Assembly (NCBI GenBank): GCA_009103225.1
Contig: RHPI01002656.1
Coordinates: 62,001-125,564 of the forward strand
Length of the DNA: 63,564 bases
Direction of reading: 5' to 3'
Source: Chlorokybus atmophyticus
Taxonomy: Eukaryota; Plantae; Mesostigma and Chlorokybus algae
This document shows positions 13,801 to 29,395 of the stretch, in pieces. Both the position numbers and the translations under genes were made by a program. Numbering within the stretch: position 1 is the stretch's first letter; each line of letters opens with the position of its first letter. The notes beneath the pieces are model-generated. The model did not search any database, had not been told where the DNA came from, and saw nothing but the letters and a program-made list of their open reading frames with translations.

Positions 13801-13918
13801 GCAGACTGTTGCTGACAAGCAACGACATTACATCACTCACCCGTACACTGTCCCAGTCCTCCCCCGCCCATCCCTTCCCCTCCTCCTCCTCCTCACTGGG
13901 TTTTAGCCTCCCCCCCTC

Positions 13919-15524
13919 ATGCAGCCGGCGGCGGCGGCGCAGGTGCTAAAGCCCGTGAAGGCTAGCTGGCGTCCCGTCGAGATGGGCGGGCCTCAGCCGC
14001 CGCGTCCTGTTGGCGAGGGAGGGTCGCAGACGGTGAAGGATGAGCTGTTCGCCAATAACCGGTTGTGGGCGGAAGCTATTAGGAAGGCGGACCCGACGTT
14101 CTTTGATAGACTCGCATTGGGGCAGTCGCCTGAGATACTATGGATCGGGTGAGTGAATGTGTAGGGGATGGTCTTGGGGTGGGGTGGGGTGGGGTTAATT
14201 GTGTGATTGTGACAGATGTACCATCTGTGGTGAATTGTTTCTTGAGTTTGCTGGAGTGTCTGATGCAGGTTTGTGTTGCGTTCGATTTGAGCTAATATTT
14301 AGGGATTGTTAGGAAGATGGTTGCCAGATATTTTGTCTGAGAGTTGTTTCAGATTGACAATCAACACACTTGAACAGTTACGCACGATCGTTGGTCCAAC
14401 ATCTATTGTTTAACCTGACGCGAAACAGATGAAGTGAATGCCAGGCTCAGTGAGTTTCGGTGTGTCAATCCTTGTCAAAAGACATCAGCTTGTTACGCGT
14501 CACCTTGCCAGGGACTACCACGAGTTGTATGGTTGTGATCGACCAATCCAACATGGATAGCCTGTCAAAATTGTGGTTGTAAATTGTCGTGTGTGCAGGT
14601 GTTCCGACAGCAGGATGCCTGCAGAGGACCTGATTGGCAAGATGCCCGGTGAGGTGTTTGTGCACCGTAACGTGGCGAACGTGGTCGTGCACACGGACTT
14701 CAACTGCCTGTCCGTCCTCGAGTATGCCGTCAAGGCCCTCAAGGTCAAGCACATCGTCGTCTGTGGACACTACTCGTGCGGAGGCGTCAAAGCATCCATG
14801 GAAGACACATCCGTAAGAACATGAACCATGCTAATTGTTGTTGTGTTTGTTGCAGTTGTTGTTTTGTTGGCATGGCATATGTTGTTGTTGCCATGTGACA
14901 CAACAACAAGTAGACTTGTGGTTGAGGTACTGTGATTTCCTTAGATGATAGCTATGACAGTTGTTGTTGTGCTTATGCGACACAGTACAACAGTATACTC
15001 ATTGTGTCACCACTGACGTTGCCACTGCCACAGGTTGGGCTTGTGGACAACTGGCTCCGGCACATCCGCGACGTGCGTGTCAAGTACGACAGTGAGCTTG
15101 AGCAGTATGCCAGCGGGGGCGGAAATGCCGCGGACAAGATGTGCGAGCTCAACGTCATTGAACAGGTAGAAAGACCCACACACAACCCACACACAACAAA
15201 CACACACAGCGAGAGTGAGAGAGGGAGAGAGAGAGAGTGAGAGGGAGGGAGGGAGGGAGAGAGGGAGAGGGAGACTTACACTCTGCTATGTTTCAACAGG
15301 TTAAGAACGTGTGCAGCACAACGATAGTGCAGAACGCATGGCGGGACAACCAGGACCTGACGGTGTACGGTTGGATCTACAACCTCAAGGACGGTCTTTT
15401 GAACGACCTGGGCGTCTGCATGCACGCCGCCTCCGACATCCCCAAGCAGTACCGCATGGCCGTCACCAGCTCCCTCAAGGCCGGCTCGGTTACCAAGTCC
15501 TCGCACGATGACCACGGCCACTAG
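13919..15524 (+). CDS. Beta-carbonic anhydrase (Can/YadF/Nce103-like). Exons 13919-14148, 14599-14812, 15034-15165, 15300-15524
   Basis: Motifs [48 protein letters not shown] and [11 protein letters not shown]. The Zn ligands (Cys, His, Cys) are intact and the introns are GT-AG. Confidence 0.96.
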
Positions 15525-16515
15525 CACGCCCACCATGACACCAAGGCCACGTCCGCAAGGTGAACGGGCGCAGGCAAAGTGAGGTAAAATTCTGCCGTGT
15601 GAGCTGCTCGGCAGCAACTGGCGGTGCCTGTCAGGTGCGACACAACAAGTAGGCATTTTGTGTACTTGTTCTTGATCATTGGGGAATGGACCATGTATTC
15701 CCCAGGCGATGATAGTGATGTAGCAGTAGTTGCATTGGCTTCCTTGCGGTCCTGTAGACTGACTGCACAAAGAAGAAGCATGCATTGCATGCTTCAGTTA
15801 TGCTTGCAGGTAATTGAAGTACATGCCCTGAGTATGATACAACATAGGCGCTTGTGCAAAACTGCTGGCATCTGTCACTACGCACCACAAGATCTGTCAA
15901 GACCACAACGCATGCAAGCAATTGCCATTCAAGCAAGCACATAATAACTGAGTACTGATAGGAGCATCCTACTAAGCATCTTACTTTATCACCTACACAT
16001 CGTCCCTTGGACCCCAAACAACACAAGCTGTATGAAATTCAACCTGACCTGGCATTGCTGGATTTGTTGGCCGCTTGCATTCACAACGTCCTATGTACTC
16101 ATGTTGCAAACTACTTACTTGACATGGAACGTAACTGCCTACAGAGGTTATATGTGTGTAGGACGAAGAAAGCTGTGACAGTGGTACTGCGCAGTCGGCC
16201 ACCAACTGCGCGTACTCATCCGCTCTGGCTGCTGCTTGCCCACGCAACCCACCATTTACAACCTTTCAGCATAACACAATCAATTCAATTCAACCAATAC
16301 TCATCTCATACCATATTGAGTTGCATTGCCCTAATAATGCACAAGCACACGTGCTAACATCCAACCAAAGGCATGAGTATCAACATGAGCTTTGGGCAGC
16401 ACCAGGATACTCCGCAGCAGCAATATGAAAGCAGTACCTGCAAAAGGGATGCCTGTGTGCCGCTGGATCCTTGTAACAGTACGTAGAGGGAGATAACCAA
16501 GGCAGGGCAAAATGG

Positions 16516-19475
<2,960 letters not shown>

Positions 19476-19648
19476 GCCTGCAATTTTGGACTGCGTGCGT
19501 AGAAATTCATTTCGTTTGGCTGCCCTGCTGGTTTTCAACTGGCGGACTGTTTAAGAATTCAAAGCTCAATTTGAGCTCAGCTGTGAGCAGGCAGTGGTGG
19601 CGGTGGCGGCGGGCGGAGGGGGAGGGGGAGGAGGGGAAGGAGGAGGAG

Positions 19649-22600
19649 ATGGATATTCCTGGTGCCAGCGAGGTGCCTGGCATCGTTGGCGCAAGTGGGG
19701 AGGCGCGGATCTCCTGCTGGGATGCTGCCCGTCTTGGTCCGTGCCTGTCCTGCCTTCTTGGTTTTTTCTTGGTTTTTCTATCGTTGTCTGTGTTGCCTGA
19801 TGTGTGCAATGAGACTGCTCTGTACGCCTGTGAAGTATTGTCTAAGGTTTTTCTATCGTTGTCTGTGTTGCCTGATGTGTGCAATGAGACTGCTCTGTAC
19901 GCCTGTGAAGTATTGTCTAAATGCTTGGGCGAGCTGCGGGAGGGATCATGCTCAGGCGTGTCTTTCCCTGTTGTTGAGTGTTTGGGGACTGGTTATGCTG
20001 GCTATGTTGAAGCAGGCGGCAGCAGTGACAGCTGCTGCAAGCTGATGTGATGGAAGCTCAGATTGTGCGGTACGCTAACAGCTGTCATATTAGATTGCAG
20101 CTGTTCTGTTCGAGATGGCTATTTTGGTTGGCCACTGGTAGTCATTATGGTGCTGGCTTTGAATTACACTAGTACTCACACAACTTTGTGCTTGATCAAT
20201 GAGGCGGTGTAGTGGTGTCTACCAAGTGACTGGTTGCGTCCTGCCAGTCTCATCAATACGTTTAACACTTGACAAAACTCATTGTGTGCTCATCGTGCAG
20301 CCTCATTGACGCGTGAGCAGCAAATAATTATGCGCGACCTCATCGACACGATGGGAGCCTTGTCGTCACGCGCACAGGTAGCCCACACATTCCATTACGC
20401 CTCAACCAAGCTAAATCAAGCATGTAGCTGTTGGCATTCACAGGCTTGATTACTCGCACCGAACCACAACTGATTTCCCATTGCGTGTAGAATCTGCCAA
20501 AGGTCATAACGGATTTTGCGCGCGTGTGGAGCATGCCGCAGCGGCTGTACCTGGTGGCGGCGCCCGCGGGAGCCATCCCCGGCGCGCGAGGCAAGAAGGG
20601 CGTCAGCATCCTGGGACTGTTGAAGGTCGGACCGAAGAAGCTTTTCATACGAACAAGTAAGAACCAGCCTACTGTGTTGTGGTGTGGTAGAGATGTACTG
20701 CTGCGGTATGTATACACTGCGTGCGCTGCGCCTGTGTGAGACACTTCTGCTATGCTTTGCATGAAGAGTTGTACACGGGTCCGGTTTGTTGGACAGCTGC
20801 ACAAGCGTGTGTATCGCTCGTGTACACATCTCTGCAGCTGCTGATTGTGTCTCAGGATGTGCAAACTTTCTGTCAGTCTGCTATTTACCGGTACCAGGCA
20901 GCAACATGTAATCACATCTGCTCGGTTGGTTCAAACCTGTAAGCACAAGCAAGCCCGTGTATGAGGTTCATGTGTTGATGTTTATCTGTCACGGCAGGAG
21001 GGCAGGATTTGAAGGAGATTGATCCGCTCTGTGTGTTGGACTTTTACGTCCATGAAAGTCAGCAGCGGTAATGGGCATGCGCTTGCTAGCGTCATGTGCA
21101 GCACGCTTGGGGACTTGCTTACAAGACGCTGCCACGTGCAGGTTGGGACTGGGCCATTATTTGTTTGAGCACTTTCTGCAACAAGAGAACGTGCATCCTG
21201 CAAGTCTCGGGTGAGTTGGCATATGGTTCCAGCTATTTCGTTTGTTTTTTTCTTGCACGCAATAACACTTGGCACTTAACGTGTGTCACCGACTTATGTT
21301 TGCTTGTTGTGATTGTGTCAGGTATGACAAACCCTCACCAAAGCTGATTGGTTTCATGGCAAAACATTACGGGCTCAAGGACTTCGTTCCACAAGTAAGC
21401 CCAACAGCACTAGTTCTCGCAGTAGTACATTTGCACTCATTGCGCAATCGCGGCTTGCTGAATAATGCTTTATGTGTGTTACAGATGAACCACTTCGTGG
21501 TGTACAACAAGTACTGGGAGGTGGCAGGCGAGGCGCGCGGTAGCAAAGGCAACAAGTTGCAACGGAAGGTGCTTGAAGAGGCGGCGGCATCCTCGCACCG
21601 ATCAACGCCCAACAATACGCAGAGCAACGGCTTCGCGCGGCCCTCACCAAAGGGTTCTCCCGCGTTGACTCGCGCATCCTCGTGGTCTTCTTCCAGACCC
21701 GCCCAACGCGACGGCGATGCTCCCGCGGGCCAACCGAATGTGGACTACAGGCAAAGGCCACCGGTGCAAGATGATGAGCCGTCTCCACGCGAGAACTATG
21801 CCAACGACGTAGCGTCCCCACACAACAATGCGTACCCGCAGGATGGGTATGATGATGGCAACAACAACCCCTATGCACAGTATCCCCAACACGCACGTGA
21901 TAACCCGCCTGCAGCGTCCAGCAGCAACGGTGCTTATGAAGGCGAGTACAACGCGCACGAGTACAATACGCATGCTGAGCCCATGCATTCGACACAACAA
22001 CAAGGGCGGGGGCAGCCGTACACGAGAGCGGACTCGAGCCAACAACAGATGAGGCCCGGTCCGGGCCCTACTAGTAATTATTCTTACCCGCAGCAGAATG
22101 GACCCAACAGTCATGAACCCGTTCATGACAAGAGGACGAGCAACCTCAAAGCCGCAAACCACAACCCGAATTGGGATGCGCAAAGCCGAGCCGATTCGGC
22201 GAGAGGCTCCAATTGGGATGCGCAGAGCAACTATAGCCACGCGCCCATGGGACCCCAAAGCTACGAGCCTATTTTGGAAAAAAGGTCCAAACAGAATGCA
22301 CAAGCAGCCAACTGGGATGTGCAGAGTAGTGGCGGCGGGTCCACCTCGTCCTCTGCGGTGCCGCCACGCTTTGGACGGCGTGCGCAGTTGGGGGCTCCAG
22401 AACATGCACGCGCCGCACGAGGAGACCCGTCTGATATACTGCAGAGCAGGGCGTCGTACCGACCGTACAACACGGAGCCACAATTCGCGGCGGCACCAAT
22501 GAGACCCACAATCAACACAAGTAGGTCTTGCCAATTGTTGCTGCTGTGTCTCTATCTTTGAGTGTGCGAGTGCCCGTTCTGTTTTCTCCATTTCTTGAGA

Positions 22601-23165
22601 GGGGGGGCCTCAATTGTGCGCGCACGCTCGTGTGTGATACAAGTACATATGTGCATGTGCGCCTGTATCCAGCATTGACAAGGCTCTATAGCCTAGCACC
22701 ATCACACATGCGCGTGTCATCGTGTCATCCCAGCACATGCATTACGTGCACAACGAGCTGTCAGTAACTGCTGAACTGGTTTCGATAACAAGGAGTGTGC
22801 AGCTCCAAGCCCCGATGTGCCGCTGATTGGTTATTGTTATGTTGGCTGCAGATCAAAGGGCGGGCGATGGGCCAGGTCGGCAGTTGCCCTCGCCGGGTGC
22901 GCTGTCACGCGACATGGCGGCGGTGAAGCTGGACCACCTCTCCAACGTGCTCTCCCCGCAGCAGATGCATGCGATGAGGTCGCAGATAGCGGACAGGCAG
23001 CCCGTCAACGGCGACAATGGCGCGACCAACCATAGCGGGATTAGGAAAGGTTCTGCACAGCCCGCGGCGTTCACACGGCCAGGCAGCCACATGCACACGC
23101 CCAACGCGACGTTCAGGACCTCAAACTCGGCACCGACGGATGCACTTAGACACAGGCGGTATTAG
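19649..23165 (+). CDS. ATAT1: Alpha-tubulin N-acetyltransferase (ATAT1/MEC-17) with a long disordered C-terminal tail, multi-exon
   Basis: Spliced motifs IDTMGALSSRAQ, GLLKVGPKKLF, PLCVLDFYVHESQQRLGLG, YDKPSPKLIGFMAKHYGL and PQMNHFVVY. Intron phases are consistent. The start ATG is inferred. Confidence 0.9.
19771..19920. repeat. Perfect 75-bp x2 tandem duplication in ATAT1 intron 1
   Basis: 19771-19845 is identical to 19846-19920. Confidence 0.95.
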
Positions 23166-24155
23166 GCAACCTGGTTGGTGTGGTGACTGTGTTGTGTTGT
23201 AGCAGGCTGCTGTTGTAGTGGCAGGCATTGTCATTCTTTATGTCATCACTAATAAGGCGCTGGTCGATGGTTGGTTCGTGTGTTCATGTCACAACCTTCT
23301 TGTACCTACCTGCTGCCATGCTTTGTGCTTGCGCACTCCAATGCTGGCGTGCGTACGTGTGCGTGTGCGCGTCATTAGCAGTGCCTTGTGATAGTCTGTG
23401 CTTGAGGAGGATGGCATAAGCATGCATGGGTAGTGTACGCAGGGCACAAAGAACAGAGCATCAGTACACGTACACCGAAGAGCAGATCAAAAGCAGTTGC
23501 AGCACACTGAGAGTCAATATGCATGCAGCCCCTTTACCCCCCTCTGGCACCGGCACCCCTACACACCAAGACTTGTGATGTTGCTTGCGCCCTTTACTAG
23601 ACTCAGACCACAGCATGGTTTTGCGTATGTCACCCAACCTAGCGCAAGCAGGTAGTGGTACAACTACCACCTGCGTTATCGTCACATCTATTCGCCAACT
23701 GAAAAATGTGGGCACGAGACAGCACACGCACATGTGGTAGAGCCTCACATAGTAACGGGATGTGTACCGACGTATATTATACTTTGCCACCGTCCATGCC
23801 TATGTATAGGGTATAGTCATGTTGCACACATGCAGTCGGTGCACAGTAACACAGTAACACTCAAGCGACCAAGGCAATTCACTTCCATTACACCCAGGCT
23901 TGCTGTTAGTAGAGAGAGAGAGATTACACCCAGGGCCACTACTCTATCAGTGACCTATGTGCAATGCCGTTGATGAAGCAGGCAGTAGCAGCAAACACCA
24001 ACCAACCAACCAACCACCCGAGTTGCACAGGTATGTGAATTCTGTGCTTGTTTCCTTGAGGCTTCGGGTGTGTGAGAGCGAGAGAAAGAGACAGAGAGAT
24101 AAAGCGCTATTCATGACCGGTGGACAGCAACAGGATTCCCCGCCATGGCCGACGT

Positions 24156-24207
24156 CACCGTCTTCAGTGTCCGGCCACAAAGCGTTGGCCGGACACTAAA
24201 GACGGTG
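24156..24207. other. Inverted repeat with 22-bp arms (one mismatch) and an 8-nt loop
   Basis: CACCGTCTT-C-AGTGTCCGGCCA [CAAAGCGT] TGGCCGGACACT-A-AAGACGGTG. Confidence 0.9.
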
Positions 24208-24922
24208 GATCCGGGATGAGAGAACGACGCTGTTGTCTGGATCGGGATCAGAAGCTCTCCGCCAACACACCTGTCACGTGACCTTGGCGGGGTAGCTGGC
24301 TGGGTCATCGGCGGTGGCGGCGAGGTTGGCGGCAGGGTTCGCTGCGTGAGTGGACTTGAGTGTCTGTCGAGAGCTGTGGTACGACACGCGGACACTGGTA
24401 GCGCAGACGTAGATGCACATCCACGCCCGCAAGCACACACATACACCCACGAGAGCGCACTCCCGCCCACCCACCCACCCACCCACGCACGCACGCACGC
24501 ACGTACGCAGACGCACATACCCGCACACGCATATACACACATACACACACGCACGTGCACGCGCACGCACCCATACACCTCCAATCGTAAACGCTGGTTG
24601 ACATACGCACATACGGACAAACGCGCAAAGCATGTTGCTTGTCACACAGACTAAAATCCTCAACCTATAAATCACTGTTTCCAGTACACCATACAAGGGC
24701 GGACTCACCAGTGTTCATATGGAAAAGACCGATGGAGAAGAAGGTGAGCAGATCACCAAAAGCACGTGAGAAACCTCAATACATCTAATATAGTAGTAGT
24801 AGCCATAGCTGCACCATTAGCAACGCACCCTGTCGTTCATGTTATACAATACCACATTATTTGCAACAACAAACTGTGGCGCTGATATTGTTGTTGCGGT
24901 GCCGGCACACGCAGCCGCAGAG

Positions 24923-25316
24923 ATGTCGTCGCTGATAACCAAGGGCCTATCCAACATCGGTCCTACCGCAAACGGCACAGGCTTGGCTTATCTCAACCTC
25001 AAGTGCGTGCCTATATGTTACGTCATGCAGTTGTTATGCCGATTCGAACTTGATCTGCTGTGTGACGATGTTGGTTTCGTCTCAGTCTCAGCAGTAACAA
25101 CCTCAAGTCACTGCCTTCCCTCGCTTCCTACCACCACCTCCAATCCGTAAGCATACACGCATCAATTCTCCTTCCCTCCCTCCAACACGAGCAAATAGCA
25201 CAACAACAACAACAACAACAACCACACCAGGTGGACGTCTCCCACAACGCCCTCACCAGCCTCTCCCCCCTAACCTCCCTTCCCCACCTCGCCTCCATCA
25301 CCGCAACCGACAACAA
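24923..25316 (+). CDS. LRRC23-like leucine-rich-repeat protein, 3' truncated at the N at 25351. Exons 24923-25002, 25086-25146, 25231-25316
   Basis: KGLSNIGPTANGTGLAYLNL resembles the LRRC23 N-terminus. LRRs follow (LSSNNLKSLPSL, VDVSHNALTSLSPL). Confidence 0.7.
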
Positions 25317-25351
25317 GTACGCAAACCCCTCCCCCCCTCCCCACCCCCCAN

Positions 25352-28300
25352 ATGTGTTTGATATTATTGCTACATATTTATGCGTATACACTTGTACGTC
25401 TGCTAGCAAGAAGCAAGTGTAATCAAGCGTAACTTGCATCCTTTTGGTATTTTAGATTTTCAAATCATGATATGCAATACATAACATGCTGCAACGACAT
25501 GCAACCTCTTGTCAAAGGCTAATCAAACCCCGACAAAGTTAAATTGCCATCAAAGAAGCAAAATTGCTTTTTGAATGCACTCAACAAGTGACGATCATCA
25601 AATCCATGCGACCGTGTTACATATGATGTTCTATTATGTACTGTTTGTAATACTATAATTTGCATGGATTTATTTTTCGACCAAAGCCTTGTTCGCTCTT
25701 CCCTCCTAAGACAGTCTTATACGCGATTCTTCCCAACTTATGTATGCAAATGGTATTACCAACGACAATACAACGGCGTTGTGCCGCTGAGAGAGATAGG
25801 TACGTCATTATGTCGTCGTATTAAAGTCACTAATAAAATGATACATGATACATATAACATTCATAGTTATGGTATGGCATCTATTCCTCTTCCTCTTTAT
25901 CATTTTTGTTATTATTACCATTATTATCATCATTATTTTATCACGTTTGCACCACACTTTCATTTATGTTGGAATAAATGAGTGCATGATGTTGTGGTTA
26001 CAACAACAGCAGCACTGGCTGGGCAGTTGATTGTACAGCGTCTTTTCAAGTAACTCTTGTATGCATACAATAATTATATGAATATATAAATGATTCACTT
26101 ATTGCATTTCATATAAGCATAAATAGACCATTGTGTGCATGTTTAGTCATTTGCACTATACTACATAATTGCAAATGGCACAGTTCAACTCACATACACT
26201 ATGCTGATCGAGCAATAACAACAACAAGATTGTCATAAACTTGTAATTAATGTCTGACTTGACTTTAGTACAATATTGGTTCATATATCTCTTATGCCAC
26301 TATATGTATAATGCTTCACTTGTTACATTGCATATCAATAATAATCATCACATACAGTTGTTTACATCCACAATTGCTTGCATTGACTTAATTATAACCA
26401 ACCATATAATAAAGAGTGACAACTTGCCATTCTTAATAATAAGACAATATATATATGTGCGCGTGTGTGTGTGTGTGTGTGTCATCAAACAGTATAACAT
26501 TACACGATTGCAATGTATTGTATATATGTGTAACCATCTTAATCATGTTTCTAATTACTTTTATTAATTGCTAAAGATTCATGACAACATACATCACAAT
26601 ACAGTGAGCGAGGGTGGGGGTAAAGGTGGGGGGGGAAAATGTAAAACCAATCCACTTGTACGAGCAAGTTACATGAGATTTTAAAAACCCGGAATGTGAT
26701 ATCTCTTCTCACCTTTTGTCGGTAATATGCATTTTACACATGAACAATGCAAAGAGTTCATCTGCGTATTATATATGTACAGCGTAAAGCATCATAGCAT
26801 ACATGGCCGATATGTTTATAAGGTACATGATACAAACATAGAAATGCGTTACAGCGCGCAGCTGTTATTATCGTACTTATATGATAGCATAAAATGTGTC
26901 ATTGTCGCTTGCTTTGATGTTACATGATATCAACATGAATTTAAAGTTGAACAGTGAGTATATATATATATATATACATATATGGATCAATTGACTATGA
27001 AGCATTGCAGAAAACTGGATGCACAAAAAAAAAGCAAAAGATATTTGTTTACAGCCTGTGAGGACAGATGTGTGCATGACATGTAAATTACAGCTGACCA
27101 TGATGTTGATGGTGTCCACCTTCATTTTGAAGTTGTGCAATCATCAGTCTCAGGATGCGACAAACGGGTGGACACTGTCAAAACGGAGTCAGGGGTCTCG
27201 TGCGCGTGCAGATGCGATGCATGCGCCACGCGTCGTCGGCACGCACACGCTGGCAACGGGACCGTTCACCACAGTCAAAACTGCCAGCGGTTGGGGGCCA
27301 CGGACATGCGCCGCCAAACCCCGTACCGCCAAAAACCCTCGCCGCACCTAACCACACACTAGGTGACAAACCACCTCCACGCGGGGGAAAAGTACTCTCA
27401 GGTGGTTAAGCAACGTGTTTAAGATCAGTGGAACTGCCCAAATTCACGGCTAGCTGACCGGCCAGTCTGACCGCGACCACCACAGTGTGGCTCGTGGCAA
27501 TCTGTACAGTAAAGCGCTTTGTTTGAATGTCTGCTTGGGTTTGAGCGGCGGCGGCGGCTCCCGCGGAGAAGGCGGCGGCAGAGGAGGCGGCGGAGGTCCC
27601 GGCGGAGAAGGGCAAGGTGCGGGAGAAGGAGGAAGGGTTAGAGAAGCTTAGCGCCGGTGGTTTGCTGGGAGGGCCGTAGTGGCAGGTTGCTTTGGGAGGA
27701 AGACTGAGCGAGCATGACAGGGCGTTACTCCCGCTGCTAGTAGCAGCAGCACCCGCCTGCGCCCGCCGCTCCGCTTTTGCTCACTGCTGCTAGCAGCGGA
27801 GTCTTTCATGCGACCGTGCATGCCGCGGAGGTAATGCGCTCGTGTGGTTGGTTCTGAGATACCCTTTCTTGCTTTGGCTAGAAGGTGCATTCATTTACAC
27901 CGACCACGTGCGTTGACGCAATAGACACTGTGCATTTGTTGAAGCCGCGCATCAGACATTGAGCTTGTTCACTGGATGCAATGCGGTCAACAGGCCACAT
28001 GATCATCAGTGAGCCTGTACCACATGTTAGGATGTTAATTGCTTCATTTTGTAGTCTCAACGCTAGCTAACCAGCTGGGAGGCATTGGTCTCCTCTCGAT
28101 GCTCGTGGCGCATACTTGTGGCGCCACATTCACAGCTTCATTGCAGCATGTCAAATCAATAATTTAGCTGCAACATCACCAAAAAACCACCATCTGAAGT
28201 CTCAGAGCAACCGATGCTGCCATTTGCATGAGCTACCTAGATGCAGAAAATGCAGTAAGTTTTCATTTGAAGGTATTAGCTTGCGTGTCATCGATTATGG

Positions 28301-29135
28301 CACGCTGCCCTTACGCCTATAAAGGCGAGCAACGAGCACAACTTGACAGCATGTTTATGTCAATATCAGAATTCTCCACACCACTATCAGCTCAGTCATG
28401 ACTGTGGTTTAGATAAGGAGAATGTGCCGAGGCAGCAACCACCTTGTTGATGCTGCAACTCACAGTCATTTGGGTATGCAATGCAAACATGGCTTCCACA
28501 AGATGCAAGTGGCAATGGCTGGTTGTGTTGAATCTTTCCTCGCAGATTGCCTTGATGGTGGTCGGGGAGTACCTTCCATCACTGCTCCAAGAGAGCACGC
28601 CAGACAGGGCATCCGACAGGTCATCTAGGTGGGCTGCACCGGACCGAGCACCAGAGTCCGCCATGGATGGTGTAGAGAAGACTCCCATTACAAGTCAACG
28701 TGCAGCCAGCAATGGCGTCCCTGACAGCAATGGCAGCACTGCTGATGTACGCTCGAGAGACCGCCTGAGTAGCTTGCGCCTCGCGTTGCAGCAAGATGCC
28801 CTGCAGGTAGCACATTGTTGGTTGGGTGGAGCTCTGGCAATGGCGGTGGGTTGTGCAAATTGAAATTGCTTTGAGCTTTGTACGACAATTGAAAGTTGTG
28901 CGAGGTCTCGCAGTTGCCCCCGCACATGCAGGAGTTGGTGCGCGCGTGTTCCATGCGCCCCGTGCAAATGCCCACATATTATGGAAAGTTTCCAGCTGTA
29001 CAGCTCTCAGACCTTCCCGGGCAGGTCTTTGAGGGCGACTCCCGCTCACCCGACTCCACTACTGGTGCGCAAAGGTTCATGTTATGTGTTGGAAGGTTGT
29101 AACAACACAACTTGACTGTTGGTTTTGCTCTCAGG
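25352..29135. repeat. Copy A of a 3,784-bp apparently identical duplication (likely misassembly)
   Basis: Matches 35303-39086 at a constant offset of 9,951 bp, and the ORF track is duplicated too. It is flanked by poly-C plus an N on the left and poly-G on the right. Confidence 0.95.
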
Positions 29136-29395
29136 GGGGGGGGGGAGCATGCGCGTGTGTTTGTGCGTGCGTTCGTGCGTGTTCTTCGTCCGTATGCATG
29201 ACAATATGTGCGGGCCTGCATGTGCGGGCACGTGTGGCCGTGTACATGTGCATGCGGTGTGCTCATGCGAGCATCAGCGCGCGCGCGCGCGTGTGTGTGT
29301 GTGTTCGCCGTCTACAAACCATAAGGTGTTGTTGCATTGCTGGTTGCTGTCTCACTCGACTGCATGTGGTTGTGTTGTGCCGCGTTGTGTCTCAG

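Noticed and set aside
15522-15524. TAG/TAA reassignment to Gln as a genome-wide code
   Set aside because: HDA14 and HO1 end at TAG where homology ends, and the multi-kb UPL1 exons contain no in-frame TAR. The standard code applies.
15993-16247. Exon-like minus-strand ORF (AAARADEYAQLVADC..|gtaagt)
   Set aside because: It has no recognisable homology or linked exons and lies in the likely RlmN 3' region.
28555-29055. Second SPK1 paralogue
   Set aside because: This is only the first exons within duplicate copy A, with no continuation.
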